A DNA stretch of 32,324 nucleotides, taken from assembly GCF_001194135.2 (NCBI RefSeq), contig NC_068982.1, positions 144,993,324 to 145,025,647 of the forward strand, in the 5' to 3' direction. The stretch comes from Octopus bimaculoides. Taxonomy: Eukaryota. The position numbers and the translations under genes were made by a program. The notes beneath the pieces were generated by a model. That model did not search any database and was not told where the DNA came from. It saw nothing but the letters and a program-made list of their open reading frames with translations. Shown here one piece after another: positions 1 to 10,280 of the stretch (its first letter is position 1; every line of letters begins with the position of its first letter).

Positions 1-26
1 ATATATATATATATATATACATATAT

Positions 27-175
27 ACGACGGGCTTCTTTCAGTTTCCGTCTACCAAATCCACTCACAAGGCTTTGGTCGGCCCGAGGCTATAGTAGAA
101 GACACTTGCCCAAGGTGCCACACAGTGGGACTGAACCCGAGACCATGTGGTTGGTAAGCAAGCTACTTACCACAG
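27..175 (-). mobile_element. SINE family A, 5' half (tRNA-derived head plus CORE-like segment)
   Basis: Minus strand has an A-box-like gtggtaagtagc, a B-box-like gggttcagtccc and the MIR/CORE-like ccttgggcaagtgtc. It ends gacggaaactgaaagaagcccgtcgt into (TA)n. Homologous copies lie at 1568, 12395 and 27939. Confidence 0.85.
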
Positions 176-203
176 TACTTATATCTATCCATCAATCGAT
201 CTG

Positions 204-238
<35 letters not shown>

Positions 239-290
239 GTAAATCCATCCATCCATCCATCCATCCATCCATCCATCCATCCATCCATCC

Positions 291-355
<65 letters not shown>

Positions 356-375
356 CGTGTGTGTGCGTGTGTGCG
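176..375. repeat. Compound microsatellite (ATCA)n(ATCC)n(ATCT)n(GT)n
   Basis: Directly visible. It explains ORF 106..474. Confidence 0.95.
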
Positions 376-597
376 CATGTATATGATGAGTATGTGAATA
401 AGAATGGAATAAAGTTAAATCCAACTGAAGTTAACCCCGCCCCACATATTCATCTTGGCAACAGCAAGAGCTAACACATAAAATAAAACAGTCAGCAGAG
501 CAAGTACATAAAAAAAAATAATAAATAAATAAGCCAACACAGCAAGGACATGACATGGTTTATATGATATGAGTTGACAAGTTAACATGCAAGGAGA

Positions 598-607
598 AAC
601 ACACACA

Positions 608-641
<34 letters not shown>
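598..641. repeat. (CA)n microsatellite at gap edge
   Basis: Directly visible, running into the N gap. Confidence 0.95.
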
Positions 642-1377
642 NNNNNNNNNNNNNNNNNNNNNNNNNNNNNNNNNNNNNNNNNNNNNNNNNNNNNNNNNNN
701 NNNNNNNNNNNNNNNNNNNNNNNNNNNNNNNNNNNNNNNNNNNNNNNNNNNNNNNNNNNNNNNNNNNNNNNNNNNNNNNNNNNNNNNNNNNNNNNNNNNN
801 NNNNNNNNNNNNNNNNNNNNNNNNNNNNNNNNNNNNNNNNNNNNNNNNNNNNNNNNNNNNNNNNNNNNNNNNNNNNNNNNNNNNNNNNNNNNNNNNNNNN
901 NNNNNNNNNNNNNNNNNNNNNNNNNNNNNNNNNNNNNNNNNNNNNNNNNNNNNNNNNNNNNNNNNNNNNNNNNNNNNNNNNNNNNNNNNNNNNNNNNNNN
1001 NNNNNNNNNNNNNNNNNNNNNNNNNNNNNNNNNNNNNNNNNNNNNNNNNNNNNNNNNNNNNNNNNNNNNNNNNNNNNNNNNNNNNNNNNNNNNNNNNNNN
1101 NNNNNNNNNNNNNNNNNNNNNNNNNNNNNNNNNNNNNNNNNNNNNNNNNNNNNNNNNNNNNNNNNNNNNNNNNNNNNNNNNNNNNNNNNNNNNNNNNNNN
1201 NNNNNNNNNNNNNNNNNNNNNNNNNNNNNNNNNNNNNNNNNNNNNNNNNNNNNNNNNNNNNNNNNNNNNNNNNNNNNNNNNNNNNNNNNNNNNNNNNNNN
1301 NNNNNNNNNNNNNNNNNNNNNNNNNNNNNNNNNNNNNNNNNNNNNNNNNNNNNNNNNNNNNNNNNNNNNNNNNNNNN
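642..1377. other. Assembly gap (others at 19836-20203, 22630-22847, 27646-27745, 28820-29152, 30042-30270)
   Basis: N runs, mostly flanked by simple repeats. Confidence 0.99.
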
Positions 1378-1567
1378 ATGGATCAAATTCAAAATGGCTG
1401 ACGACTAGCATCGCGCTTGAAACTGAAGAGTGCCAACGAATTTGAATCAAACTGTTTTGATCCATACATGTAACTCCCAATATATATATATATATATATA
1501 TGTGTGTGTTTGTGTGTGTGTGTGTCTGTCCATGTTTGTGTGTGTATGTAAGGGTATGTATATGTAT

Positions 1568-1731
1568 GTCGTGGTTGTGTGGTAAGAAGTTTACTTCTCA
1601 ATCACAAGTTTCCAGGTTCAGTCCCGCTGTGTAGCACATTTAGCGTATTTCTTCTACTATAGCTTTCGGCCGACCAGAGCCCTGTGAGTGGAATTAGCAG
1701 ACGGAAACTGAAAGAATCCTATCGCATATAT
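1568..1731 (+). mobile_element. SINE family A, 5' half
   Basis: gtggtaagaagtt...ggttcagtcccg...ttctactatagc...gacggaaactgaaaga, a diverged reverse complement of 27-175. Confidence 0.85.
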
Positions 1732-1918
1732 ACCACACGCTTGTTGGTATTAGATGAAAAGCTTCCATAAATGATCTACCTCATTTTCTCTGCGAAGATC
1801 GAATAGGCCGCCATCGTATGGATAGCTATTTCTATGTTTACTGAGAAATGTACTATGTTCGCATCTATTTTGAAGTAACTGTAAAAAACGATGTGCATAC
1901 TTACTTTCTTTTTTTTTC

Positions 1919-2566
1919 TCTGAGGAATTTCAACCATGTTTCGTGGTCTGCTACCACAACAGCTCCTTTATAGGATCCAGTTAGCTCAAGACATCATCAG
2001 GAGGAACCACGTCTGGTTTCGGGCTCTACTCCTCTACCGTTATGACGTGTCGGGGCCACCCCCTTTCGGAGGTGTCTTCAGCTCTGGTGTTGGGTGCATG
2101 TCTTCTTTCACTGTTTGTGACTGCTCTAATTCAACTGTGGAATGTCCCTCGCCATAGTTATTTTCCAGGCGGTTCTGGCCACACGTCTTACAGTTCATCA
2201 ACCCGCGTTGTTGAATTACTTTCTTCCGACATACTTTCCCTTGGTGGATTAGGATCCAGTTAGCTGAAGACATCATCAAGAGGAATCACGTCCGGTTTCG
2301 GCCCCCTACTCCTCTACCGTTCTGACGTGGCGGCCCCCCCTTTTGGAGGTGTCTTCAGCTCTGGTGTTGGGTGCATGTCTTCTTTCTTCTATTCCCTGGC
2401 CTCTTCGATGCAGCATCAACGAGTGTCAGCATCCGACTGATTGTCATGTCAAGGAGTAGGGGCCGAAACCGGACGTGGTTCCTCCTGATGATGTCTTGAG
2501 CTAACTGGATCCTATAAAGGAGCTGTTGTGGTAGTAGACCACGAAACATAGTTGAAATTCCTCAGA
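1919..2566 (-). mobile_element. Non-coding element with tandem direct repeats plus an inverted copy (Penelope-like pseudo-LTR architecture)
   Basis: Direct repeats 1971-2109 and 2250-2386 (period 279). Inverted repeats 1919-2033 and 2452-2566 (115 bp, 5 mismatches). GC-rich relative to flanks. Carries CTGATGA/CTGAAGA and CGAAAC motifs. The repeats are certain; the family is inferred. Confidence 0.55.
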
Positions 2567-2957
2567 TAATCCAAGAATGGAATAAATATCTTAATGCATC
2601 GCTACGCGTGTTTCTACAAATCACATATAATAATATACCAAATAATTGTATATATATATCAAATGGATGTGTTATAATACTGTTCCACATATACAAAATC
2701 AGCCATACTAACAATCCAACACCTCCACCATCATCTATCCCACGGATATCATTATGGTTTCGACACTTGGGCAGTACCATTCAATTTGGCGATGTAAAAT
2801 AAGTGTTGTTTGGGAACAAACATACCAAAGAAACCACAACTTTCAAATACATTTACCCTATATACAACAGTATCAGTAATTATATATGCATATATATATT
2901 TGTGTGTGTGTGTCTGTGTGTATGTATAGAAGCTAATTTTTTATAGTGTTTACTTAC

Positions 2958-3164
2958 CCCAACTCAACACTTGAACTTCTCTGGTTGCCTGGCCACTCTT
3001 GGAGGCAGAGGGTTCGCGTTGAGCCGTCAGCATAGCTAAAAGTCTCGGTCTTGGAATAAATAGCCAGCGGTAGCGATATGAGACAAGAGGCCAACCATAT
3101 GACTACGATGAGTCCAATGACCACTTTCGCTGACATTCTCACCCATCGCATAATGGCCAGATAT
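2958..3164 (-). CDS. TKRPR: Internal exon of a class A neuropeptide GPCR, most likely the tachykinin-related peptide receptor (TM3 end, ICL2, TM4, ECL2)
   Basis: Minus strand reads polypyrimidine cttcttattctttcAG | A TAT CTG GCC ... GAG TTG GG | GTAAGT. The exon is 207 bp, phase 2/2, and encodes (R)YLAIMRWVRMSAKVVIGLIVVIWLASCLISLPLAIYSKTETFSYADGSTRTLCLQEWPGNQRSSSVEL(G). It shows the split DRY, TM4 IWxxSxxxSLP and the ECL2 cysteine in CLQEWP. YSKTET...CxxEWP parallels NK1R YSTTET...CMIEWP, and the boundaries match TACR exon 2. The symbol is from recollection of the octopus receptor and needs BLAST. The supplied ORF 2954..3241 extends into intron. Confidence 0.85.
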
Positions 3165-3341
3165 CTGAAAGAATAAGAAGAATAAGAACAATGAGAGAAT
3201 TCAAAGACAAAACGATTATAAAAAAAAAACAACAGAGACATAAAAAAATATATAAAGTCATAACAAAAATTGCAGTAGGAGAAATTTGCAGTTGAGAAAT
3301 TGTAGTTGATAATGCTAAATGTACATCATACGTGATACACT

Positions 3342-3398
<57 letters not shown>

Positions 3399-3417
3399 GT
3401 CATCATCATCATCATCA
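3342..3417. repeat. (ATG)19-GT-(CAT)5CA microsatellite
   Basis: Directly visible. It explains the poly-M ORF 3342..3557. Confidence 0.95.
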
Positions 3418-3889
3418 AACAGTCCTCAAAAAAGAATATTCACTGTTGGAATGGCTTTGATCTCCTTTTTTCTAGTCCATCGCTGACAAAGGGTTTAAAT
3501 AGTAGCAACAACAACAAAAATGACTTTGAATATAAACACAAGAAATCATTGTTTTAGTTTCTCTTTGTAGCACACATTTGCCTCAGATATACTATACGAC
3601 CGTTTGATATTACTAAAGCATTAATTTCTCTAGCACGTAACAGGTTTCCAGGTTTCGAAATAAAGATTTTGGTACGAGTGAAGAATTTTATTTAAGTACC
3701 AAAATATTTCCTGTGCCTCGTGAGTGAACTTAATAGATAAGAACTCTGCATCACGCGAGTGTATGTGTATATGCATGAATATTTATATACAGACATGTAT
3801 GTGTGTGTGTGTGTTTATATATATACTGTATTGTGTTTCTATCTGAATCTGAATTAGTTTGTTTATGTTTCCGTTAATTAGCAGTTTGG

Positions 3890-4002
3890 TTAAAAGAAAT
3901 GAAAAATACCCTGAGGTTGATTTGATCGACTAAACCGTTTAAGGCGGTACCCCAGCATGGCTGTAGTCAATGATTGAAACGCATAAAAGAATAAAAGAAT
4001 AA
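3890..4002 (+). mobile_element. SINE family A, 3' tail fragment
   Basis: ctgaggttgatttgatcgact...ggcggtaccccagcatggctgtagtcaatgattgaaac...taaaagaataaaagaat matches the 3' end of the copy at 12395-12858. Confidence 0.75.
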
Positions 4003-4544
4003 TTATTTTGACGTCGACGAATCCGGATCCTACTCTCTTTTTGCTTGATTTCTGTTTCAGAATTACTAAGGAGAAATTCGGTAACGCCAACAATCACAAT
4101 AAAGCTGCCTACAGGAACCTGTTTGTCCATTCAGTTCAGCCATATAAATCAGAGCTTTAAGCTGCGTATATACGGAATCGAATGTCCGTTGTTAACAAGA
4201 GATGCAGTGATGCAAGCAATAGAATCACTTACACCAAACAGTTCCAAAGAGTGCTAATGAATAAAATGCATCTAGCATCCTTTACCAGTCATCGGCCAGA
4301 TAATATCATCCAAAATAAGATTAACACCCAAAAGAAGATTAACACCGACAGCATCAACAGAAGCAGTGACGGCAGCGTTTGCTTGATGATACAATCACTG
4401 CTGCAATCTACTTGGCGATCTGTAAGGAGAAACTAGAAATATAGCTGCGCGTACTTTATACCTTTCATATAAAGTACTGTCTTGACTTCTAGGACTCATA
4501 CAGTTTGTTACTCAATTTCCATGGCATATAAGTGACCGAGAGCA

Positions 4545-4685
4545 CAACACTCTTTGTATACGGGGCGTCAGTACATCGCAGGGTCATTTACAACTGAGTG
4601 AATTGAAGCAACGTGAAATGGAGTGTTTTGCTCAAGAACACAACACATCACCCGGTCCGGAAATCGAAACCGTGATCATGCGCCT
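4545..4685 (-). mobile_element. Third tRNA-derived SINE type (CORE/V-SINE-like) fragment
   Basis: Minus strand has a B-box-like ggtttcgatttcc, then gtgttcttgagcaaaacact, then ccctgcgatgtactgacgcccc, which resembles the V-domain cctgcgatggactggc. Confidence 0.55.
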
Positions 4686-5042
4686 TCATATTTCATGAGA
4701 AAATACCTATTTGAGAATCAGTTCTGACCGCTACTCTAACAATAAATGAACACTGGTGAGCTGCTCTATAAACAAAGTAGGTATGAGTTTTTTAGAGTTT
4801 AAGTTGCGTGCAACACGCCGTCTAATAAGTGTGGCGAGTTTTACATTGAAAATACAAATCACAAACGGCACATCTGCGTAAAAGAACAGATTTATGCAAA
4901 TGTTTTGTCAGTTTGAAAAAAACTGGAGAAATGTCATAACCAGAATATTACGATCGTCCTCAAAGTCTAGGATACTGAGTTTCATAAAATTGAAGAGGTT
5001 ATTCTTATTAAAAAAGTTTTACCCCATTATTAGCACCAAATA

Positions 5043-5260
5043 AGGTGGTGAGTTGGCAGAATTGTTAGCATACCTGGAAAATGCTTAGCGACATTTCGTC
5101 TGTCTTTACGTTCTGCCTTCAAATTCCACCAAGGTCTACTTTGCCTTTCATTCTTTCGGGGTTGATAATATAAGTACCAGTTGAACACTGGCGTCGATGT
5201 AACCAACTTTCCCCTTCCCCCCAAATGACTGACCTTGTGCCAAAATTTGAAACCATTATT
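5043..5260 (+). mobile_element. SINE family B
   Basis: Head gagttggcagaattgttagc, then ttcaaattcc, body gcctttcattctttcggggttgataataagtaccag, end ccttgtgccaaaatttgaaacc. Confidence 0.85.
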
Positions 5261-5503
5261 AACACAAATCACGAGCTGTCCGACGCTAATAAACTAATTT
5301 AACGATACCATTCCACTAAGCTGCACTCTACCAAATTCTCACGTATTTGGGCAGCTCAGGGCTAAGCTTAGTTTCCATTTTCTCTTCATGAGTGCACACC
5401 ATTGCTTTTGCTTTGTTTTTTACTTTTGTTTCTACACGTTTATTTTTAATTTGCCTTGTGAATTTCTTAGACATTTCCAACTAATAATATTTTCTATAAG
5501 TTT

Positions 5504-5716
5504 AAGACGGCAAGCTGGCAGAATTGTTAACACGCCAGGCAATTAGCAGCATTTCGTCTGTCTTTAAGGTCTGTATTCAAATTCTGCCGAGGTCGATTTT
5601 ACATTTCATCCTTTCGGGGTCGATAAAATAAGTACCAGTTTAGCCCTGAGGTCGATGTAATCGACTTAACTCCTTGCCTGAAATTGCTGGCCTTGTCACC
5701 AAATTTTAAAACCAAT
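5504..5716 (+). mobile_element. SINE family B
   Basis: ggcaagctggcagaattgttaac...tttcatcctttcggggtcgataaaataagtaccag...ggccttgtcaccaaattttaaaacc. Confidence 0.85.
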
Positions 5717-5774
5717 GGTTTCTATCGGTGAAAGGAAATCAGTTGAACAATTTCGGTGTCTGCAGAAAGTCTTG

Positions 5775-5997
5775 TGGCAGAAACGTTAGCACGCCGGGTG
5801 AAATGTTTAGCAGTATTTCGTTTGCCGTTACGTTCTGAGTTCAAATTCCGCCGAGGTCGACTTTGCCTTTCATCCTTTCGGGGTCGATAAATTAAGTACC
5901 AGTTACTCACTGGGGTCGATGTAATCGACTTAATCCCTTTGTCTGTCCTTGTTTGACCCCTCTATGTTTAGCCCCTTGTGGGCAATAAAGAAATAAG
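5775..5997 (+). mobile_element. SINE family B, variant with alternative 3' tail
   Basis: Same head and body as the two upstream copies, but the tail reads ccctttgtctgtcc...tttagccccttgtgggcaataaagaaataag. Confidence 0.88.
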
Positions 5998-6474
5998 TAA
6001 GTCTTGTGGTGGATATTAGATTAAACATATCAAAATTGATAGCTTATCAAGGTGGTTAATATGTTAGGGTCGCTGGTATAAGCTTGATAACATAGAGTCC
6101 ATAGCACGCGAGTTGCTGTTGTTTTGGCCAAAGTTAGTTTTGATATGGCAGACTTAGGATCAAAAGTATTCCAGCCATCATCGTATCAGATATAAAATAT
6201 TTAGAACTACAAATATCCTTGATGTGTTAATAATCTAGAAGCGAAAAGGAGAAAATCGACAACGACTACTGTATTTCTTTTTTCTTATTTAACTCCAACG
6301 CTACATTTCTGAAGGCTGTACAACGGAATATTAAAAAAGTTATTGCGAGCAAGAAGTGTTAACCACTATTACCAGTATGGTAAGAAAAAATATTGCAGAT
6401 AAAATTAGTAGTTTAAGCTATTTTAAAACGTGGTTAAGTTGTCCTTTGCTGACAACCTTTGTGTGAATATGTAT

Positions 6475-6630
6475 AAGGAAAGAAAAAGAAAGAGAGAAAG
6501 AGAGATGGAGAGAGAGGAAGAGAAAAAGAGAAAGAGAGAGAGAGAGGAAGAAAGAATGAGTGAGAAAGAGAGAGAGAGAGAGGAAAAAAGAAAGAGTGAG
6601 AAAGAGAGAGTGAAACAGAAAGAAAGAGAA
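6475..6630. repeat. Purine-rich (AG/AAAG)n low-complexity tract
   Basis: Directly visible. It explains the K/R/E-rich ORF 6430..6780. Confidence 0.9.
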
Positions 6631-6924
6631 ATGATTTGCCCTTGTAGTGAGGATTCTTCAGAAACCTTATCTGTTCAAAATCAGCAAAGAAGTCTAATTT
6701 TATTAACCCAAGATAGATTCAAGTACCACATCAGAATTTCCAGAAAAATGTTGGATATTATTTCCGTGCTGTTGTTGTAAAATACATTAGCTATTATCGC
6801 TCCAAACAAAGTAATCATTGGATACGAGTGAAAAAGGAATTTGAATAGAACAATAAACAACTTAAATATGGGATCAATTTGGTAATTTGCCTTCGATTTT
6901 GGAGATAATTAAAAAAAAAATCTA

Positions 6925-7900
6925 GGCCGCACGAAGCTGGTAACGTTATTTGCATTGTTGGTTTTGCTGTTGCTTAGTGTCAAGTGAGCTCTGGTCGAAC
7001 AGTAGGACGATCAAAGGCATTACAGTTATGACCAGCCTAAGAACTTACCTACATTATCCATGTATTATTTTCTTTCCCAAGACAGGAGGGCATAATTTGA
7101 GTGGGGTGGGCAATCTAGCAGATCAAGCGGCAATACACAAGCTTCCGCGTAGGTTAGTTATTGTTGTTGATGTTGATATTCATTTTATGGTCAGAATATG
7201 GCAAAGCTGCCAATCAAACACTTAAGAGCACCAATGGGTTCAGTATCCAGGCTATACTGTTAGACGATGTCAAACATTAGTGATGAATTCTTTCCCGTGA
7301 TCAATGATTTTATGATTAACCATAAGTCTTTTTGTTTCGGGATATATTTCCTTAAGATTTGGTGCATGAAATATCTAGGCTGAAGTTTTATTACTGTTTT
7401 GGTCATGATAAAGTGGTTGAGCCTGTAATCTTCACAGGTCCATCTAAACTGGAGGGACAGTCGGGGTTTAATGTTCCTGATGAATAGTCGATAGTCGACA
7501 ATTGTGTATAGCGGGAACTTCTCAGGGGTGACGACATTCTGGGGAGGATGGACTAATCGTAATGGTCAATGCAGGACAAAAATGGGTGTAGGTGATAGGA
7601 GTACAACATAGATGACCTAAGGATGAGACACGGGTGAGTAGGGAATGCCTGAGTTGAGATGCATGGAATGTCAGCGCCGAGGAACGTAGGCAAGTCTAGT
7701 AACATTATAAAAATCAGAGAGAAATGGCAGAATGTCTGTGGGACATTCTGGAGTATATTGGTGAATGATTTTGAGTAGCTTTTCTTTGGATGAATCGAAG
7801 GAACCTATTTGGTGGCTCACAATAGGCTTTGAATTAAAATGTATCAGTAATTGCTTTGGTGATAAGATACGAAATGAAGAAACTATGTGTTGCAATACCA
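6925..7900 (-). mobile_element. Heavily decayed retroelement, probably the C-terminal GIY-YIG region of a Penelope-like element
   Basis: Higher GC than flanks. Frame-hopping minus-strand translation gives, in order, PNLKEIYPE, CSxVFDWQLCHIL, RKLVYCRLIC/LDCPPHSN, NVGK and QITLPASCGLD. This parallels the PLE order LKEIFPE...CxxCxHI...VYxIxCxxC...YVGxT...TLxPxGLN. Many stops and frameshifts. Confidence 0.4.
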
Positions 7901-9154
7901 GCGACTCACACGTTCAATTACTGCGTCTATAGTTCTATAATTACAGAAAGATAGTTTAATTATTGACACTGAAAAATAAATTGATTTATTTTGTTCTGCT
8001 CAGAATTCAATAAGAATGCTTCTATAAAGAATATAATTATATCAAAATTGACCTTAGTCACATCGAAGTATTTTTTATTTTGTACCAAAACGCAAAGAAG
8101 GTTAAATTAACAGTAAATAGAAAGGTGATAGAATACCTCATATTCTATTTTTGGATTGTTAATAGCCTTTTTAAGACGTATAAATAGATTGCTTTACGAA
8201 GTAATTGTTTTGTTTTTTAAGATTTTAGTTTCAAGATATTGAGCAGTACTCGTTTGTATTTTCACAAACTTCTAGCGTTAGTTGCGTGACGTTTCTGTAA
8301 AAATGTCTAATTTTGAATTGCTACAATGGAATGATATATATATATATAACAAAGATTACCAGAGACAAAACCTGAATCCATTCAGTGTGGAAATAATACT
8401 GGAAGACATTTGAAAGTGTCCAAAACATATATTTTAAAAGCAAACATAATTGATAAAATGGCATTAATGGAAAAGTTTAATGCACTTCCCATGTGTTATT
8501 TTTACATTTTGCAAGAGAATGGTGATTGAGATATTTGTATTGACTACATGGTCAAGCATAGTTTTCTGTGGGAGACGGTAGCGTGTGATTCAAGAATGTG
8601 CCTCTTAGTTAAAACATGTCTATACAATTGTTCAGTGGAATATAGAATATTCAATACAAACTTGAATGCTATAAAGCTTCATGAAAGCATATTACGTAAG
8701 TCATGCGAACACTACATTTACTATCGGCTATCTGAGCACATATAAAAAGGAGGTATCGAAATACATTACAGGCAAGAACATATTCTAACTATCTATAGAA
8801 AAATTGTTATAACATGCACCACAGTTATCTATATGAGGTTTCTGATGAAAAAATCCCCAAGCCATCAATTCAATGCTAATATTCCAATATTTCCTAATCT
8901 TCAGCGCATTGAAAATTTTTTATCAATGCATTCAATCACCCTTACCGCACTTCTTACACTATTTAATTGTTACTAACATAAGGAGAATATATAACCGTAT
9001 AGCATTCTTTAATTGGGTATCTAATGATATAGTCTTATTATGTGAAACGTCAATACAAAAGACAATGGAAAACACATACCAGCTCTCAGTAACAACAAAG
9101 AGAGGAGATCGGAGAAATAAAGTTGGCATAATGTTAAAAAGAGTTAAGTAGCAG

Positions 9155-9155
<1 letters not shown>

Positions 9156-9252
<97 letters not shown>

Positions 9253-9280
9253 GCTTCAATGTATATGCTTCAATGTATAT
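9156..9280. repeat. (ATCT)n(GTCT)n followed by a 14-bp tandem duplication (atgcttcaatgtat x2)
   Basis: Directly visible. Confidence 0.9.
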
Positions 9281-10176
9281 GTGTAATTACGAATATTTAT
9301 ATATATATATAAGCAAGCACAAACTCACATTTACACACTCAAATACTGTCTCTCTCTTCTCACACACACACATTCATAATTATGTGTATATATTCTGGGC
9401 TGTAGAAAAATAAATTAGCTTTAGAGGAAACTATGGGGTTTATTTGTTACTTTTGTTATATTAATGTTTGTTTCGCTAAAGTAATGTAGCTTCTCTAAAG
9501 GTAATGTAATGTAATCAAAAGAAAGAAATTCACATTACTAATTAGTCTCAGCTGATGAGTGTTCTAATTAAACTTGATCTATTTCTAATATTTATGTAAA
9601 TGTATTTTCTTTGCGAGATTTTGCTTCAGTTCATATTATATGTTCATGCTATAAACTTGGCTACTCAATATTATGGGAAATGAGAGTGGATATAAATCTC
9701 TGAATAAGTTAGTTGTTCAGCCTTGCAATTAAGACATAAGCTTCTTTAACGATCTTATTAGTGAATTGCAATGAGTGTGTGTGTGTGTGTGTGTGTTTGT
9801 GTGTGTGTTTTATTTGTGTGTATGCCAGTTTAATTGTAATACGATGTGTGTTTCATTGCATTATTGATTTCTAGCAGAAGCACATTGTTACATACATTTG
9901 GAGAGAGGTTATATTCTATTAGATCGATCTTCGTGATTGGCTTGTACTGTTTTATTACTATCCGATAAAAGACAAATTTACCCAAAACGGCAACTGTTCC
10001 CATTAACGCAAAACTGTTCCCAAGGGGCAAAACTAAAGATTGCAAAGCATTCGGCTTGTCACTCTACCGATTCTGCAACCCACCGTCCCATTTCATTGTA
10101 TTGCATAATGATGTGCATATCTTTGACATCACATCCGACAAAATGCTTTGCGATACTTAGTTACAACTCTTCATCA

Positions 10177-10280
10177 GGTGAATTAAAATCCCATCGGTAT
10201 CGAATTTACCTTTTATCTTTCAAGTGGGACGATAGAATAAAGTTCTGGTAAGGTACAGGTGTCGATATAATCGATTTGTC
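10177..10280 (+). mobile_element. Diverged SINE family B body
   Basis: ttaccttttatctttcaagtgggacgatagaataaagttctgg...ggtgtcgatataatcgattt. An opposite-strand head fragment lies at about 10051-10088. Confidence 0.55.

Noticed and set aside
1378-1465. Short inverted words (tggatcaaa/tttgatcca) and a YY1-like caaaatggc
   Set aside because: The arms are only 9 bp and abut a gap, so a MITE or regulatory call cannot be supported.
106-1480. Long ORFs 106..474, 415..1392, 560..1480, 587..1408
   Set aside because: They are translations of microsatellites and N gaps (SIYL, CV, TH, X runs), as are similar ORFs at 19632-20300, 26582-26828, 27530-27903, 28033-28544, 28750-29215 and 29706-30638.
1936-2549. 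Paired ORFs beginning MFRGLLPQQLLYRIQLAQDIIRRNH on opposite strands
   Set aside because: They are a by-product of the 115-bp inverted repeat, with no recognisable protein motif.
2954-3241. ORF as a complete 95-aa protein
   Set aside because: The first 26 residues are the intronic polypyrimidine tract and the stop codon lies within the GTAAGT donor. It is an internal exon.
4045-4436. ORFs 4045..4257 and 4182..4436 with a 12-bp duplication (aagattaacacc)
   Set aside because: No domain was recognised. It may be an old TE fragment, but this is unsupported.
5043-5997. CRISPR-like repeat/spacer appearance
   Set aside because: The units are ~215-bp SINE copies also dispersed on both strands. The context is eukaryotic with no cas genes.
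7474-7505. CTGATGA followed by gtcgaca as a hammerhead
   Set aside because: There is no GAAA and no stem III or NUH. The apparent stem comes from a 7-bp tandem duplication (atagtcg x2).
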